NCBI RefSeq assembly: GCF_009914755.1
Contig: NC_060937.1
DNA: 64,000 bases
Source: the human T2T-CHM13v2.0 reference genome, Homo sapiens
Reading direction: 5' to 3' (one strand)
Under the pieces are notes generated by a model. That model saw only the letters and a list, made by a program, of their open reading frames with translations, did not search any database and had not been told where the DNA came from. A program made the translations under genes and the position numbers. Shown piece after piece: positions 29,447 through 62,573 of this stretch; position 1 is the stretch's first letter, and each line of letters begins with the position of its first letter.

Positions 29447-30314
29447 TAGCTAGAATAGTCACGATCTCCTGACCTCATGATCCGCCCGCCTCGGCCTCCC
29501 AAAGTGCTGGGATTACAGGCGTGAGCCACCGTGCCCAGCCAATTTTTTAAAATTTTTTGAGGCCAGGAACAGCAGCTCCTGCCTGTAATCCCAGCACTTT
29601 GGGAGGCCGAAGCAGGAGGATCTCCTGAGCCTAGGAGTTCAAGACCTGCCTGGGCGATATAGGGAGACCCCATTTCTACAAAAAATTTAAAAATTAGCAG
29701 GGTGTGGTGGTGCGTGCCTGTAGTCCCAGCTACTCGGGAGGCTGGGGTGGGAGGATTACCTGAACTGGGAGGTGAAGGTTTCAGTGAGCTGAGATCACAC
29801 CACTGCACTCCAATCTAGGTGAGAGACCTTGCTTCAAAAAAAAAATTGAGCTCCTGGGCTCAAGCAATCCTCCTGCCTTGGCCTCCCAAAGCACTGGGAC
29901 TTTTACAGGCACCACCAGTTATTACAGAACTCAAAAGCAACTGTGCACTGGACCACTCTGTATTGTGTTCGGTGAGGCCATGCCCGCGTATAGATACAGG
30001 AATGCTGAGGAACAGCACTGAAGAGTGACCTAAACAGCAATCACCAACTGCTGGTGTTTGGCTTTGTTCCTCATATGAAAGGATTTGAAGCCCAGGGAGT
30101 AGGCTGGTTGAATGAAAAATATTTGCTTGACACGATAGTTGCTATTTCTAGATGAATTCAGGGAACTATGGGAGCCTCTCACAAGCATGAAAAATCCAAG
30201 TATTCAGATGGAAGTTGGGGCTCTTATTTTCCAGCTTGGGCCTGTACCAGGGCTACAAGGACATACAATGCTAAATCAATTAAAAACCAAAATCTACTCA
30301 AAACCATTTATTTC

Positions 30315-32597
30315 AAAAAAGTTCTGGAGATGGATGGTGGCGATGGTTACACAGCAATGTGAATGTGCTTAATGTCACTGAACTGTACGCTTAAAAATGG
30401 TTAGGATGGTAAAGTTTTTTTTTTTTTTCCTTAGGGGGATCCTTTATTTCATTCACTTCCTCCTTACAAGGTGAAATTTCAATCTGTACAGGTTGTGTCT
30501 GCCAGTTCAGTCCACAGCTCAGAGTATCACCTTGTCCTCATTCCATGGTATAAGCTGTTGTGGGGGGACAGGTCTGAGGGTCGTGGATTCACTGGACTGG
30601 ATGGGACATGATCCAGAACTCCACTCCGTTTGGCTTCCCAAGGATCCCACCACCTCATTCTAATCAGTGATCATTGAGGAAATGCATTGTATTCCTATTC
30701 ACTATTTCAAAGATCAGGCCTACCTCATTGGCATATTAAGAAAGTTTTCTCAAGTATATTTAGTGTTTATCATTTTACTATAGTTCTTCAAATGTCTGAC
30801 ATTCATCCTTTCCCTACCTCTACATTCCTTTCTTTTTCACATTATCTTTCTTGATTGCTTTTTAATAGAAAAACAAACAAAGACATGGATTTACTGTGCA
30901 TATTAGCAGATCCATACTGGAAAATGCATGGAGGTTTCATATACACCACTTACAGTAAGTAATAACTCAGAGTATAAAGTCGAAAAGAAAGAATCTGAAA
31001 TATTAGACTTGTTCTGAAATAAGCTTACCTAGGATGATACCACTTTCACTTAATCAGGATTTCCCAACTATTTAACAGTGGCAAATATAAAAAATCTGGT
31101 AGTTAAAATACACAGCAGTCACTTCATATTACTGCCTCCCTCAACCCACTCAACTTCTGAAGAACAGGGCTTTTTCAAGTTTTGTTCCCCTTTAAGTTTT
31201 AATAGAAAAAAAAAAAAAGTTTTAAGTCATGTTGTACCAATATATCCCCAGCAAGAATTGCAATTTACCAAGGTTTTCACGTGTTTTGAGAGAAATCTTA
31301 CTGAAAGACTAGTGATGTCCATTTTCCAGTAAATACTGAGCGAAAAACAATTTTTATACCCCAATCTGAGGTATAAACTTGCTTTTTGTGGGATCACAAC
31401 TGCTGTAAATTAGACAGTTGTAGCAACAATCCAAGACAATAACAGAATGCCTATGACAGTCTGCCATATTCTGGTGAGTGTCTATCAAAGCTCATCATGA
31501 TTTTTTGTGAGATCTTCCCCGTAATTGGTAGCTTGGCTTCCAACAAACATGTTCCAGTTCTCCAATATTTCCTCTTTAGTTAGCTTCTCATCCTTGTTTT
31601 TGTCTGACTCATATACCAGATGCCTGGCCTCAGCCTGTGCATGATCATAATCTTGAGGGAGGATCCAGTGGCGAATCTCATCTTTGTCTAACTTCCCGTC
31701 CTTGTTCAGATCCCGGAATTCGTTAAACTGCTCCCGTTCTGATAAAACCCAGTCTGGCTCAGGGCCATTCTCCTCATGGGAAAACATATCCGCAATATAC
31801 TCATCCTGATCCACAAACCCATCCCCGTTCTTGTCGATGTCCTCCAGGGTTTCCAAAGCCACAATTTCCTTCATATGTTCAAACTCTTCAGGATGCAGAA
31901 AGGCAGTGAACTCCTCCGGAGTAGCTGTCAGGTCACCATTGAGGTCTGCAGCTTTGAATCTTCTCTCATCACGTGGCAGCATCTTTTTAAAGGTGTGATG
32001 ATCTGAAGAATCATGAAACTCTGCGGGGTTTCCTAGGTATAGTAACCATAGGTGGCTTGTTTGTATTCTTCCCAGGAAATGTTATCATCCTTGTCCCTAT
32101 CATAATCCTTCCAGACTTTGGCGACATTATCAAAGATGTATCTTTTCTGCACCCGTTTGATCCAGGTTTTCAGCTCCTCAGTAGTGACAAAGCCATACCC
32201 ATCATTGTCGATTCGATCAACAATCTTCCCTAGCCTCTCCTTGCTCTCGTCCGGGGTGAGCTCGTCGAAGTTCTTGGAGTCCTCCTTGCCCAGGAAGGCC
32301 TCGTGGTCGTACTGGAAGCTCTGGTTGTCCTCAGGGGGCCGCTCGCCCAGCTCCGAGTCGGGCCGCACCACGCGCTCTTTGCGCACCGTGGGCTTGGCCC
32401 GCAGAACCCGCGGCGCCAGCACCAGCGCCAGCAGCAGCCCCAGGGCTAACCCCAGGCGGCCACCGCGCGCCATCGTCCCGAGGAGAGGGCGGCCGGGAGG
32501 GAGACGCTGAGCGAGCGACAACAGCGGCAGCTCGGGAATGGGGGCTCGGAGCGCGGCGGCCAAGTTTTATGTTATGTATATTTTACAAGTAAAAAAA
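30315..32597 (+). mobile_element. Old L1 (L1MB-like) 3' end split by the RCN1 retrocopy
   Basis: aaaaagttctggagatggatggtgg...aaatggttaggatggtaaagtttt (30315-30418) continues as atgttatgtatattttac...aaaaaaa after 32568. Confidence 0.75.
30415..32561 (-). pseudogene. RCN1P2: Processed pseudogene of reticulocalbin-1 (RCN1); probably RCN1P2
   Basis: Intronless RCN1 CDS (ATG 32473, TGA 31487-31485; MARGG..., EF-hands, C-terminal HDEL) with 5' and 3' UTRs. AATAAA at 30448-30443, poly(A) at 30428-30415, TSD aagtttt at 30412-30418 and 32562-32568. A +2 frameshift near 32040 gives TAG at 32035-32033. Confidence 0.93.
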
Positions 32598-32870
32598 TTT
32601 TTTCACCTCAGCCTGAACTGAACACTAGCTGACAGACGTTTTGATTTCTTTGACCATCACGGAATCGTGGCCAAGCGCGGTGGCTCACATCTGTAATCCC
32701 AACACTTTGGGAGGTCAAGATGGGCGGATTGCTTGAATCCAGGTGTTTGAGATCAGCCTGGGCAACATGACAAAACCCTGTTTCTAGTAAAAATACAAAA
32801 ATTAACCAGGCTCAAGCCATGACCATGCACCATTGCACTCCAGCCTAGGCGACAGAGCAGGACCCTGTCT

Positions 32871-32903
<33 letters not shown>

Positions 32904-33394
32904 AGAAGAAATCTCAGCAGGCTGAGATGGAACTCATTCTTCTCATGAAGAACGTGGCAAGCATTATACAGAGGGGCCATAGTCTGGAAAGCAGGAGATG
33001 CTTACAGACATATAAGTTGTTTCCAGTGTTTTGCTCTTGGTACTCATGGTTCCACTATTTACATCAACCTTTTGAGAAACATATTTATACACTGTCTTAT
33101 ACTTCCCTCCTTTGCTACAGAATGAATCTACTTGTAACCTACCAAAAATTTACCCTGTCACATTTCCCCAGCTGCTGGTTTAAAAATAAATATCCTGGAT
33201 TTAAAGCCAATTGTGTCTAACAGGTGCCACCATCCAAGTGAGGATTTCACTGTTCACAGGCATTTGAGACACACCAGCGGCCGGCGGTTCTCACTGCTCT
33301 TCATATGGAGGCAACCATATATGGGTAAGTCATTTAGTCTCTTAGGTAGGCGAACTGAGGCCAATCTCCCCACTTTTAGGGCTGTGAAACTGTT

Positions 33395-33660
33395 CTGTAT
33401 GATACAATAATGGTGGATATGCGTCACTATACATTCGTCCAAATCCACAGAATGTACAACACCAAGAGTGAACCCTACTGTAAACTATGGACTCTGAGTG
33501 ACAATGATGCATCAAATAGGTTCATCAGTTGTAATAAATGCACTGCTCTGGTGCAGAATGTTGATGATGGAGGAGACAGGGGTACATGGGAATCTCCGTA
33601 CCTTCCATTCAATTTTGCTAAAACTACTCTAAAAAATAAAATTAAAGAAAAAAAAAAGCT
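33395..33660 (+). mobile_element. L1MC-like 3' fragment
   Basis: tacattcgtccaaatccacagaatgtacaacaccaagagtgaaccct...gtaataaatgcactgctctggtgcag. Confidence 0.65.
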
Positions 33661-34454
33661 CCCCTCTTTCCCCAGTTTTACGATTTATTTATGCTTTGTG
33701 AAATGGAGTCTCACTCTTGACTCCCAGGCTGGAGTGCAGTGATCTCAGCTCAATGCAACCTCCACCTCCCGGGTTCAAGAGATTCTCCTGCTTCAGCCTC
33801 CTGAGAGGCTGGGATTACAGGCGCATGGCACCATGCCCAGCTAATTTTTGTATTTTTAGTAGAGATGGGGTTTCACTATGTTGGCCAGGCCAGTCTCGAG
33901 CTCCTGAACTCAAGTGATCTACCGTACCCGGCCCCCAATGTTAGTTTTTAAATAAACGACTATGTTTAATTCACATGCTAACAGGCACCTAGAGAATACT
34001 TTCAAGTAAAAAGATTAATGAACCCACTTCGCATTGAGTTAGCTGGTTGTTTTCTGCCAACCAGGTGTCCCTGCCTGGTCCACAGTTGACCAAGGATCCC
34101 TGCATCTGCCTCTAGCAACACCCAACACTGTATGAAGGGCTGAGGGGGTCTGACAGTTCACGTCACTGACATCCTCTCACTGGTATTTCGAATGCCAAGC
34201 CAGCCCTCAAATCAAGTTCACTGGCCTCGACTGAGCTGCCAAGTATTTCATACATGGGGAGGGGGGTTGGGGGGGGGGAGGGTAGGGGGATCACACAGGT
34301 GCCAGGCAATGAGTAAGATTATCCCAGCAACTTCTCCATGCAGAGAGAAATGTCTGCAGCTGCAACACTATTTCTACTCCAGCCTTCTAGACTCCATGTA
34401 GTTTGCCTTTGTTTGAATGTTTCTATTTATCTGAAATAACCAGAAATCATTTTT

Positions 34455-37107
34455 ATTATTATATATTACTCCAGTTTATTAAATAAATGAAACAAGGCTT
34501 ATGCCACATATTCCAACAATGTTTAAATAAAGAGCTTGAAATATAAAGGCTTATGAAAACTTCATACTCTTTATATAATGCATACTATTTCTAGCACATG
34601 AATAAATATAAAGGACAGGAGCCACTTTTTATATTATGAATCCACAACATTAAGCATCAATGATTACACAAATCCATAAGCACACAAACAAAAAAACCCA
34701 TTGGTTATAAAAACTAGAATTCCTTTTGGCATATTTAAGAAAACCCAAAGGTGGGGAGGTACTTATAGCCAGAACCCTGACAACGAGGGGACCAAGTCTC
34801 CCAATTCCTTAAGTTGTTTCTTGGTTAGAAGCTTCAACAATTGCATTAACTCTTTCAAAAAAACAGAAAAAGCAGGTTAAGATCCTGTTCAATAAGGCAC
34901 TTAATAAGTCTACACTGAAGAAATACTATGCTTTTATCTTAAATCGTGCTTAAGTTTTACCATGAGGTTTGAATTTCTTTCCACCTTGGTAGGAACATGT
35001 ATGTAATTTGAATAAACTGGTAATAATACTGTCTGACATTCGCTCTTTACATGGTCATTAAAATGAATTTGCTTCTACTGTTTTAAAAATTGTATGCATA
35101 TTTGAAAAAGTAAAATTTTTCTACATTAAAAAAAGAGCATTTCAAGAAAAGCAATCTTTAAACTCAAAGAACTCAAAAGTGAAAGCCTCTCTATAGAAAG
35201 TCTTTATAAAATCAATGGAATGTTTTGGAAAGAAGAAAAAATCCTAAGGTGTAGTTTAGAACAAGCAGCAAGGCCTGAATGAGCTCTGGGGTCCTCTGCT
35301 GCCCTCTAGGGTTGCCCAGGGAGAGCTGGACTTTCATCTGAGTCTCAGCAATTAACAGGTAACCCTACCCCACTGCACCCCGCCCCCGCCCCCACCTTCT
35401 GTTATCCTCTCTTTTTGATGACTTTGTCTTAGCTCTCACTTTTGGAAATAATATTCAAAGGGACCATTCATGCATAAGGAAGGCAAGGGAAAAATGCCTG
35501 CGAGGAAAAATTATCTCATCCTCCAAAAAAACCTGCAGTCCTTCTATTCAGTCTCAACAAAGAGACTGGCCAGACTGGGAATTTGGCCGCACTACTGTGG
35601 AAGGAGAATGCCCTGGAGCCCCAGCTAACATGTATTTAATGTTGTTCTCAAAGGGGGAACTGAAGAGACCCAAATAAATATGTTCCCTGTCCTGTGGCTG
35701 CCTCCCAGAAGTGGAAGTTCTTGGGGTTCTCACAGTCATCTTTTATTTTGAAAAGACTAAGATGAAGACAAGAAGGAAGAGGGCTCTTTCTCTGAAGCAG
35801 GTTAGAGTAAAGAATAAGAAAATAGAAAAAGAAAAAAAGAAGAGGGAGAATGACTTATTGTGTCTACAGAAGGAAAGAAAAAGGGAAAATATTACATACC
35901 ACCTATCAGAAACTAGCTAAATAGATGCACTAAAGAAATCATTTTTAAAATTTCAAGCAGGTATTTTCCATCCAAACTAAACAGAAAGTCCAAGACAGGC
36001 ACAACATAAACTAAAGTAAAAACTGGAAACCTGGAAAAATCAACTCTTTGATTCACTACCAACATTTTGCTAAGGAAAATGTACTAAAGCCTGAACTTAT
36101 ACAGTGTTCTTTCTTCAACAAGACCTTAACAAAGGGCTTCATTCACAATTACCATGAGAAGCCCATGAGAACATGCCCCTCTTCTACATAGACTGTTTAG
36201 AGCTGTTCCACAGCATGATGTAAACACATTTACCTTTCCAGTCAAGTAGCAGCAGCTACTATTTGTTCTTCATTTGACCCTCTACATCAATAGACGTTAT
36301 TATCCCCATTTTACTCATTGAGAAATACATATGCTTTGCTAAAAATCATAAAGCTAATTACTAACATGACCTAAGACAGAACCTAAGCTGCTTGAAAACA
36401 CCCCCCACCAATACAGACCTTGCAACCTTCAAAGCCAACACATAACACCACCACGAATTTAGAGATTATTACTTTGTAACAATTTCTCACAAATGTCAAG
36501 TCTTCAAAGCTTAAAATCACTTATTATAAGTGGAAGATCCTGCCAAAATAGGAAATGATAAAGCAGTGTGATATTCCTAGGATCCATTTCCTGCACCGTT
36601 TATACCTGGGGTTGAACAGTCCAGGTCTCCATACATGAAATTTCTTCAGTTGACAAGGAGCAAAATCTCCCAGAAATTCAGAAACCATAACACCTTCTCG
36701 GAGGCTCCATTCCATGGTTCCAGTGAGCTTTTCTAGAGCAGTCTGATTCTCAGTCATGAGCTGAGATGCATCAGGAGCTACTCTCCCTGAATAAAACAAT
36801 ACATCGCTCCTGATTTTCTTGCAAGTTTTCTTTAGCAAGAAACATGCATTTCACATATTATCTTTGATGTTGAAGGGCACTTCAGTGGTAAAGACTAGTG
36901 TTTGGATGTTAGTTTATGCCATTAAACGTTTGATGAAGAGCATCCAATGCCAACACACAGCAATCTCAACTAACCCAGTCTTCATCTGTTGCTCACATCC
37001 CAGAATCTGTGATGAGCCAAGCAGTGAGAAGCAGAGTGAAACACAGGAAGCTTTGCTGTTTCAGAAGTTACCATTTTCAGAAAGATGTCTCATGCAGCCT
37101 TGGCTTG
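34455..37107 (-). other. SLC25A30: SLC25A30 3' UTR (3' end approximate)
   Basis: AT-rich, Alu-free stretch after the stop codon, ending at minus-strand AATAAA signals (tttatt at 34475-34480 and 34452-34457). Confidence 0.65.
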
Positions 37108-52561
<15,454 letters not shown>

Positions 52562-54709
52562 TCTCACACTGTCTCTTCTTTGATTTATAGAAACATTGCC
52601 TCCAGTGCTGTTTTTCCTGGACACAACAATAAGATATTATCAAGCTGTAACTTCTCACACAGGCAGTTTCTTCTCCAAACTCTTCCCCTAGGTTTTATTT
52701 GGAGAGTGCTATCACCAAAACCCCTGCAGCAATTCCCAAGGGGAGCCTCCCCTTAATAAAGCAAAGCACCCCTATTTCCTCAACCTCAAATCAACAATTT
52801 CCAATCTTACTTTATCAGTGATCTTAATTTTTACTGTGACCTCAAGAAGTAATCAGCTACTTTGATACCTTGGTATGCGTGTATGTATTCAGTGTAGTGC
52901 AGCGGAAGCTGTTCTCTGGGAAGTCTATTTTATCTTAAATCTATTCTTCATGCAATAAGTATTTGCAGCAGCCATGATGGCTCACGCCTGTAATCCCAGC
53001 ATTTTGAGAGGCCAAGGTAGGAGAATTGTTTCAACCCAGGATTTCAAGACCAGCCTGGGCAACACAGTAACACCCTGTGTCAAAAAAAAAAAAAAAAAAG
53101 TATTTGCTATTCGTTCACTGCTATCTTAGTGAGTCCTTACTGGGGGTGGGGGGGTGGGGTGGGGATCACATCCCTCAGGTGCACTGCAGCAGACAAATGT
53201 TGCAAACTTGTGTCATAAGGTAAAATGACAATTACTTAAAATTACAAGCTACTTCTTTTTTTGTTTTTTTTTTAAGACAGGGTCTCACCCTGTCACAAAG
53301 ACTAGAGCGTAGTGGCACAAACATGGCTCACCGTAGCCTCAACCTCCTGGGCTCATGTGATCCTCCCACCTCAGCTTCCCAACTACCTGGGACCACAGGC
53401 ACACACCACCATGCCAGCCTAATTGTTTTATTTTTTGTAGACTGGTCTCTAACTCCTGGACTCAAGTAATCTTCCAGCCCTAGCCTCCCAAAGTGCTGGG
53501 AAAAGAGGTGAGAGCCACTATGCCCAGCCACCACAGGCTACTTGTAGTCTACATTCTATAAATATCGGCTCACTTCTCTTAGCCTTATTACGTTACCAGC
53601 TGTGAGGCAGTTTGGCATGAGGAAAGAGGCTGACTCTGGGGTCAGAGCCACCCCACACCCTTCCTAGAGAAGTTCCTGCTAACCTGAGTCTCGGTTTTCT
53701 TCTTCGCCAACACCATCATCACCACAGCAGGCAACACAACCAATTAGGGGGACATCCATACTTTTATTCACTAAGTTAAATAAATGTCAAGCTGTAGGCC
53801 TATTGTGGGCATTAAGCCATATATATTTTAAAGACACTCACAAATATTGCCCTCCATCTTCCTTTTCCATAATAAGACCTTGCTCACTGTGACATGTACT
53901 TATGTGCCACAGCTAAGGCCTTTCACATTCATGACATGTTCTGCAGTTGTATGTAATTAGAGCTGGTAAATGTGGCCTCACACCCCTTAACAGGAGACTC
54001 ATATGACTAATACTTTTGTATATATACTATCAACTATAGCTACTGTTGGTTTAAAATAAAATTTCTAACTTTTCAGTCATTATTGGCAAGCAATATGCCA
54101 ACATGTTTACTTTGCCTGTGTTTAGGAATTTCCCAAGTCTCCTTTTCCCAGGAGAGGACTACCACAAGTCACCACTGCCCAGAATATCAGTTTCCAACAC
54201 TAGGACCCCCCATCGGGCACCTTGAATAAATCTATTAATCATTATTCCTTGTTTATGGATATTAACCAAATTCATAGCAGTTACAAATGAGTAAAATAGA
54301 AGGTTCTGTAAGAATGAAACATGAAAACCACTGTATGTTTTTAGGTATTTCAGTACTAAGGAGCAAGCCCTCTCCCAAAAGACTCCTCTCATCTCCCTAT
54401 TATCTTTGAAAATATTTAATAACTGCACTTAAGTAATTCTTAGCCTTATTAAATTCATAACTCATATAATAGTTAAGATTGTAAGAGACTGTAAGAACCT
54501 ATTAATAATAAATCCAATAATTCATTTACCACCCAGTACTAACTTCCTTAACCCATTCTTAGACCTAGCTGATTGCAGATTAAAAAGCAAAACAAAGCCA
54601 GGTGTAGTGGCACGCATCTGTAGTTCCTGAAAGGATGGCTTGAGCCTAGGAGTTCAAGACCAGCCTAGCCAACAGAGTCAGACTCCATCTCTTTTTTTTT
54701 TTTTTTTGA

Positions 54710-54995
<286 letters not shown>

Positions 54996-55756
54996 TAAGT
55001 TTTAATGAGATTTGGCTACTTTTTCCTCTGTCGGTTTTGATATTAAGTTTTCAGTTGGTTAGGTTAAAATCCAGAGGCTCTGGGTTAATACTAATATGCA
55101 AATACTTAACTAGAGCTAAAAATGTGATGGAATTGCTTCTTCATAGTTTTCAATCACATGGGATGAATCACATGCCCATTCATTCAGAAGTACCACCAAT
55201 AAAACTTTTCTACAAATTAGTGTCCACTCCTGGATCAGCATCCTATAAGCAAGTACTTCTATTCAATTACGATTTTTAAAAGTTAGCTAGTCAGGAGGTA
55301 AAAACAACTTTTTGGCCTTTCTCTTCCTTTCCAAAAGGTAGGACTAGATCCCTAAGCAGTTAATATTACTGGAACTTATCAAGTTAATGTTTGCTGAGTA
55401 AAAGAATAATTTGGCTTAAATATGAACTAGAGAGCCGCAGTACATGGGCAAACATCCAAATAAGGAAAAGGGGGCGGGCGCAGTGGCTCATGTCAGTAAT
55501 CCCAGCACTTTGGGAGGCCGAGGTGGGCGGATCACCTGAGGTCAGGAGTTCAAGACCACCTGGCCAACATGGCAAAACCCAGTCTCTGCTAAAAATACAA
55601 AACTCAGCCAGGCATGGTGGCGGGTGCCTGTAATTCCAGCTACTCAGGAGGCGGAGGCAGAAGAATCGCTTGAAACCGGGAGGCGGAAGTTGCAGTGAGC
55701 CAAGATCTTGACACTGCATTCCAGCCTGGGCAACAAAAGCGAAACTTTGTCTCAAA

Positions 55757-55764
55757 CACACACA

Positions 55765-55809
<45 letters not shown>
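55757..55809. repeat. (CA)n microsatellite in an Alu tail
   Basis: Directly visible. Confidence 0.95.
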
Positions 55810-55811
<2 letters not shown>

Positions 55812-56606
55812 AAACGGTTCTAGTTAGGACTGGAATAAGTAAGTAGATGTCCACTAAGCTGTACTGGCCACAGCAAGCTGTGACAGGGCTATAAGTATCT
55901 TAGGCTGAAATCTCTGTTCAGTAAACTAACCCATTTCTTTGTTTTGGAGCTCTTTCTGAAGGGAAGTCTCGTGAAACACTTCCTTGAATTCCAAACACAG
56001 TTGTTTGGAAAAATCCCAACTGGATCTACAGAAGTCCCAAGGCTGACAAGCCAAGACAGTTAGAGAGATTAATGTGTCCTTAGCAGTCAATAGTGTCTGG
56101 GCAGCATCTCGGGGAAGGAATTACAACTTTGCAGAAATTCCAGTGTCGGGCAGTGGCTGTAGATCACTTCTGATTTGACAGTCCTCTTACAGCCATGTTC
56201 TCTAAGCCATGCTAAAACCCAGTAATTCCTTACTTCTCCTTGCTGCGTTATGAACATAATACTAACACTAGCAGTCATCCCTGAATACCTGCTGTTAGGC
56301 ATTGCTATACATTTTCTTCACAGTCCTATGAAAGAGGTATCATTATCCACATCTCACAACTAAGCAAACAGCCTCAGAGAAGAAAAGTAACTTTCCCTGG
56401 TCAAAGCTACCAAATATTCAAACTAAGGTTTCTCTGAAGGATCACATGACCCTTCCTCTAGATAGTACTTTGCAGACACTATCTTCCAAGGGCTGTTAAA
56501 AAAATATTGGTGGGGGGCAGGGCAGGGAATTCTATACATTCAGAATAAATATAGAATTTTCCAGCAGAGGAAATAAAAAATTTTATTTTTAAAAATGTTA
56601 GCTGTT

Positions 56607-58470
<1,864 letters not shown>

Positions 58471-58699
58471 TAAGTTCTTTCAGTTTTACTTCCTGTTCCC
58501 TTTTTAGTCTTAAGTCTTAAAACTGTAATTGCACAGCCTTTAATGTGCTCTCATACATTTATTGTTCCTTGCTGGACCGACTGCCCTTTCAATAATGCCC
58601 TTTCATGAACTTTTCCTATTTCCTATTCTTTTTAAAGGTGCAGAAGGAAAACTAAGCTCATCACAGACTTACAAAAAGCCGGGTTTAAAAGAAATCTTC

Positions 58700-59860
58700 G
58701 AAATTATCATCTCGTTTCACGTTAATTAACTGAGCCCGCGGTCACAAAGCTTCGCAACGGCAAAGCCAAAAGCAAGATTCATGCCTTTCAACTTTCTCAC
58801 TACCCAAGTAGCACCGCAAGCCGAATCCGCAGGGCAGTGCCAACATTGTTTGCTACTCTTGCGCAGAACAAAAATGCTAATCACTGCAACTGCTTTACAT
58901 GAAAGTGCACCTAGAAAGACTTCAAAACCCAGAGGTACATTAACTTTCCAGGCAAGTTCCTCCCAGCCTGTGTGCCACGAGCGATTCCGAATGTGGTGTG
59001 CCCTCTCCCACAGTGCGAAGCTCGCGGGCGCTCAGGCTGCCGTTTGAATGAACGCACGAGTGGGAGGGACGCACAAGCAGGGTTGCAAGCCCGGGGCTCG
59101 TTAGCAGACGCGGAGATGCCAGGACGGGCTTCGCACTCGGATCTGAATGACCCTGGAACAGGAATCACCCCACGCCAACAGCGATGGGGGCCCCGCGGCA
59201 CCGGCCCGACCCAAGGAGGCAGCAGCCCGAGAAGCAGAGCCCTGTCCCCAGTCCCCGGAACCTCGCGCCCCGCCGAGCCCGGCCCGGCCTGCGAAGTGGA
59301 GAGCACAGGCAGCCCCGAGCACGCCCGGTTGCAAAGGAGGCTCCTCGGAAATCGCAGCCCAACCTTACCCCAGGCCCGGGTTCCAGGAGCCGCAGAGAAA
59401 GCGGGGCCGGCAGGAGGAGGCACGGGCCAGGACTTACCTGGCGGCAGCGGCCCCACACCTCCTCCAACCCGGACTCAGTTGTAACAAGAACCTGAGGCCG
59501 CTGGAGAAAAGGAAAAAATGCCGTCGCGGGCGGGGCAGACCCACGAGCCTGCACGCAGCCCCGCGCCGCCCCGCCCCGTCCGCGCAAACACGCGACCTCC
59601 TCAGCTCCCATTGGTTTCTGCCAGCACTAGCCACACCCCTGACAGCCCCAGATGGGGACACGGAGGGGCGGGGCCCGTCCCAAGTGCCCCTCAGGATCTT
59701 CCCCTGCCGCTGCCTGAGGGAGCTGCCCGGGACTCGGTGACACCTGATGTGGCCTCCGATATCGACTGGGAGGTGGAAGAGAAATTTGGGGAACGCATCG
59801 AGAACCGTGGAAAAGCAACCTTCGCAGGGGGCAACCTTCTCACGGTGCCCCCGTGAACCT
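58700..59860. promoter_or_regulatory. CpG island / SLC25A30 promoter (possibly bidirectional)
   Basis: High CpG and GC content; GC boxes (gggcggggc ~59528, gccccgcccc ~59568, ggggcggg ~59666); minus-strand CCAAT at ~59610; contains the exon 1 donor. Confidence 0.85.
59438..59530 (-). other. SLC25A30: SLC25A30 non-coding exon 1 (5' end approximate)
   Basis: Consensus donor CAG|GTAAGT on the minus strand at 59438/59437, inside the CpG island and just downstream of GC and CCAAT boxes. Confidence 0.7.
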
Positions 59861-59929
59861 TCACAGTTGGATGGAAGTAAACTTGCCCTTATTTTTTTAT
59901 ACCCCAGCTTTTAGCTTGAAAATATACAG

Positions 59930-61085
<1,156 letters not shown>

Positions 61086-61770
61086 GAGAAAGAAAAGGAA
61101 AGGAAAGGGAGGGGAGGCGAAGGGAAGGGGAAGGGGAAGAAAGGAAAGGGGAAAGGAGAAAGAGGGAGGAAGGAAGGGAGGAAGGAAAATGCATATGTAT
61201 AAAACTTGCATCTGTTGATGCAAAGTGCTACTCCAGGAATCTTTACATCCCTTGGTTCATTCAAGACAAAGAAATGTTATTTCCATTTTACAGATGACAG
61301 AACAGAGGTTTCATGAGATAACTGCCCTGTTACAGAACCAGGGCCCAGGGCCATCTCTCTCTCATTTCCTTCTCTTGTGTCTCCAGCTCAGGCCCCAGGT
61401 TGAGCTTAAACAATCTCTTTTCTGTGCTCCAACTTGGACTCTAGGTGAGTACCTGGATTTTTGGCCACACAATGTTTTGAAATCAATAAAATTTGGACCC
61501 CTTTGAAGTATCCCCTGAATTCTGGCCATAAAAACAAATACAATCCCCAGCCTGTGGGGGAAAGTCATTGGAATGCTTGCCTTTCTAGGGCAGGGAAATA
61601 AGTACATGACCCTTTCTACCTCTCTCTCACCTCACCAAGTCCTTTCCAGACTCATGACTGTGTGGTACTACATACAAAGCACTGGATTCCTCCCTTTCCT
61701 GTAGAGCTTTTGGACACCCAAACTCTACCATTACCCTAAGCCCCACCAGCCCATGCTAATACTCAGATAA

Positions 61771-62573
<803 letters not shown>

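Noticed and set aside
58911-59856. Long overlapping ORFs (170-197 aa) at the SLC25A30 promoter
   Set aside because: Typical CpG-island ORFs on both strands with low-complexity composition and no recognisable domain.
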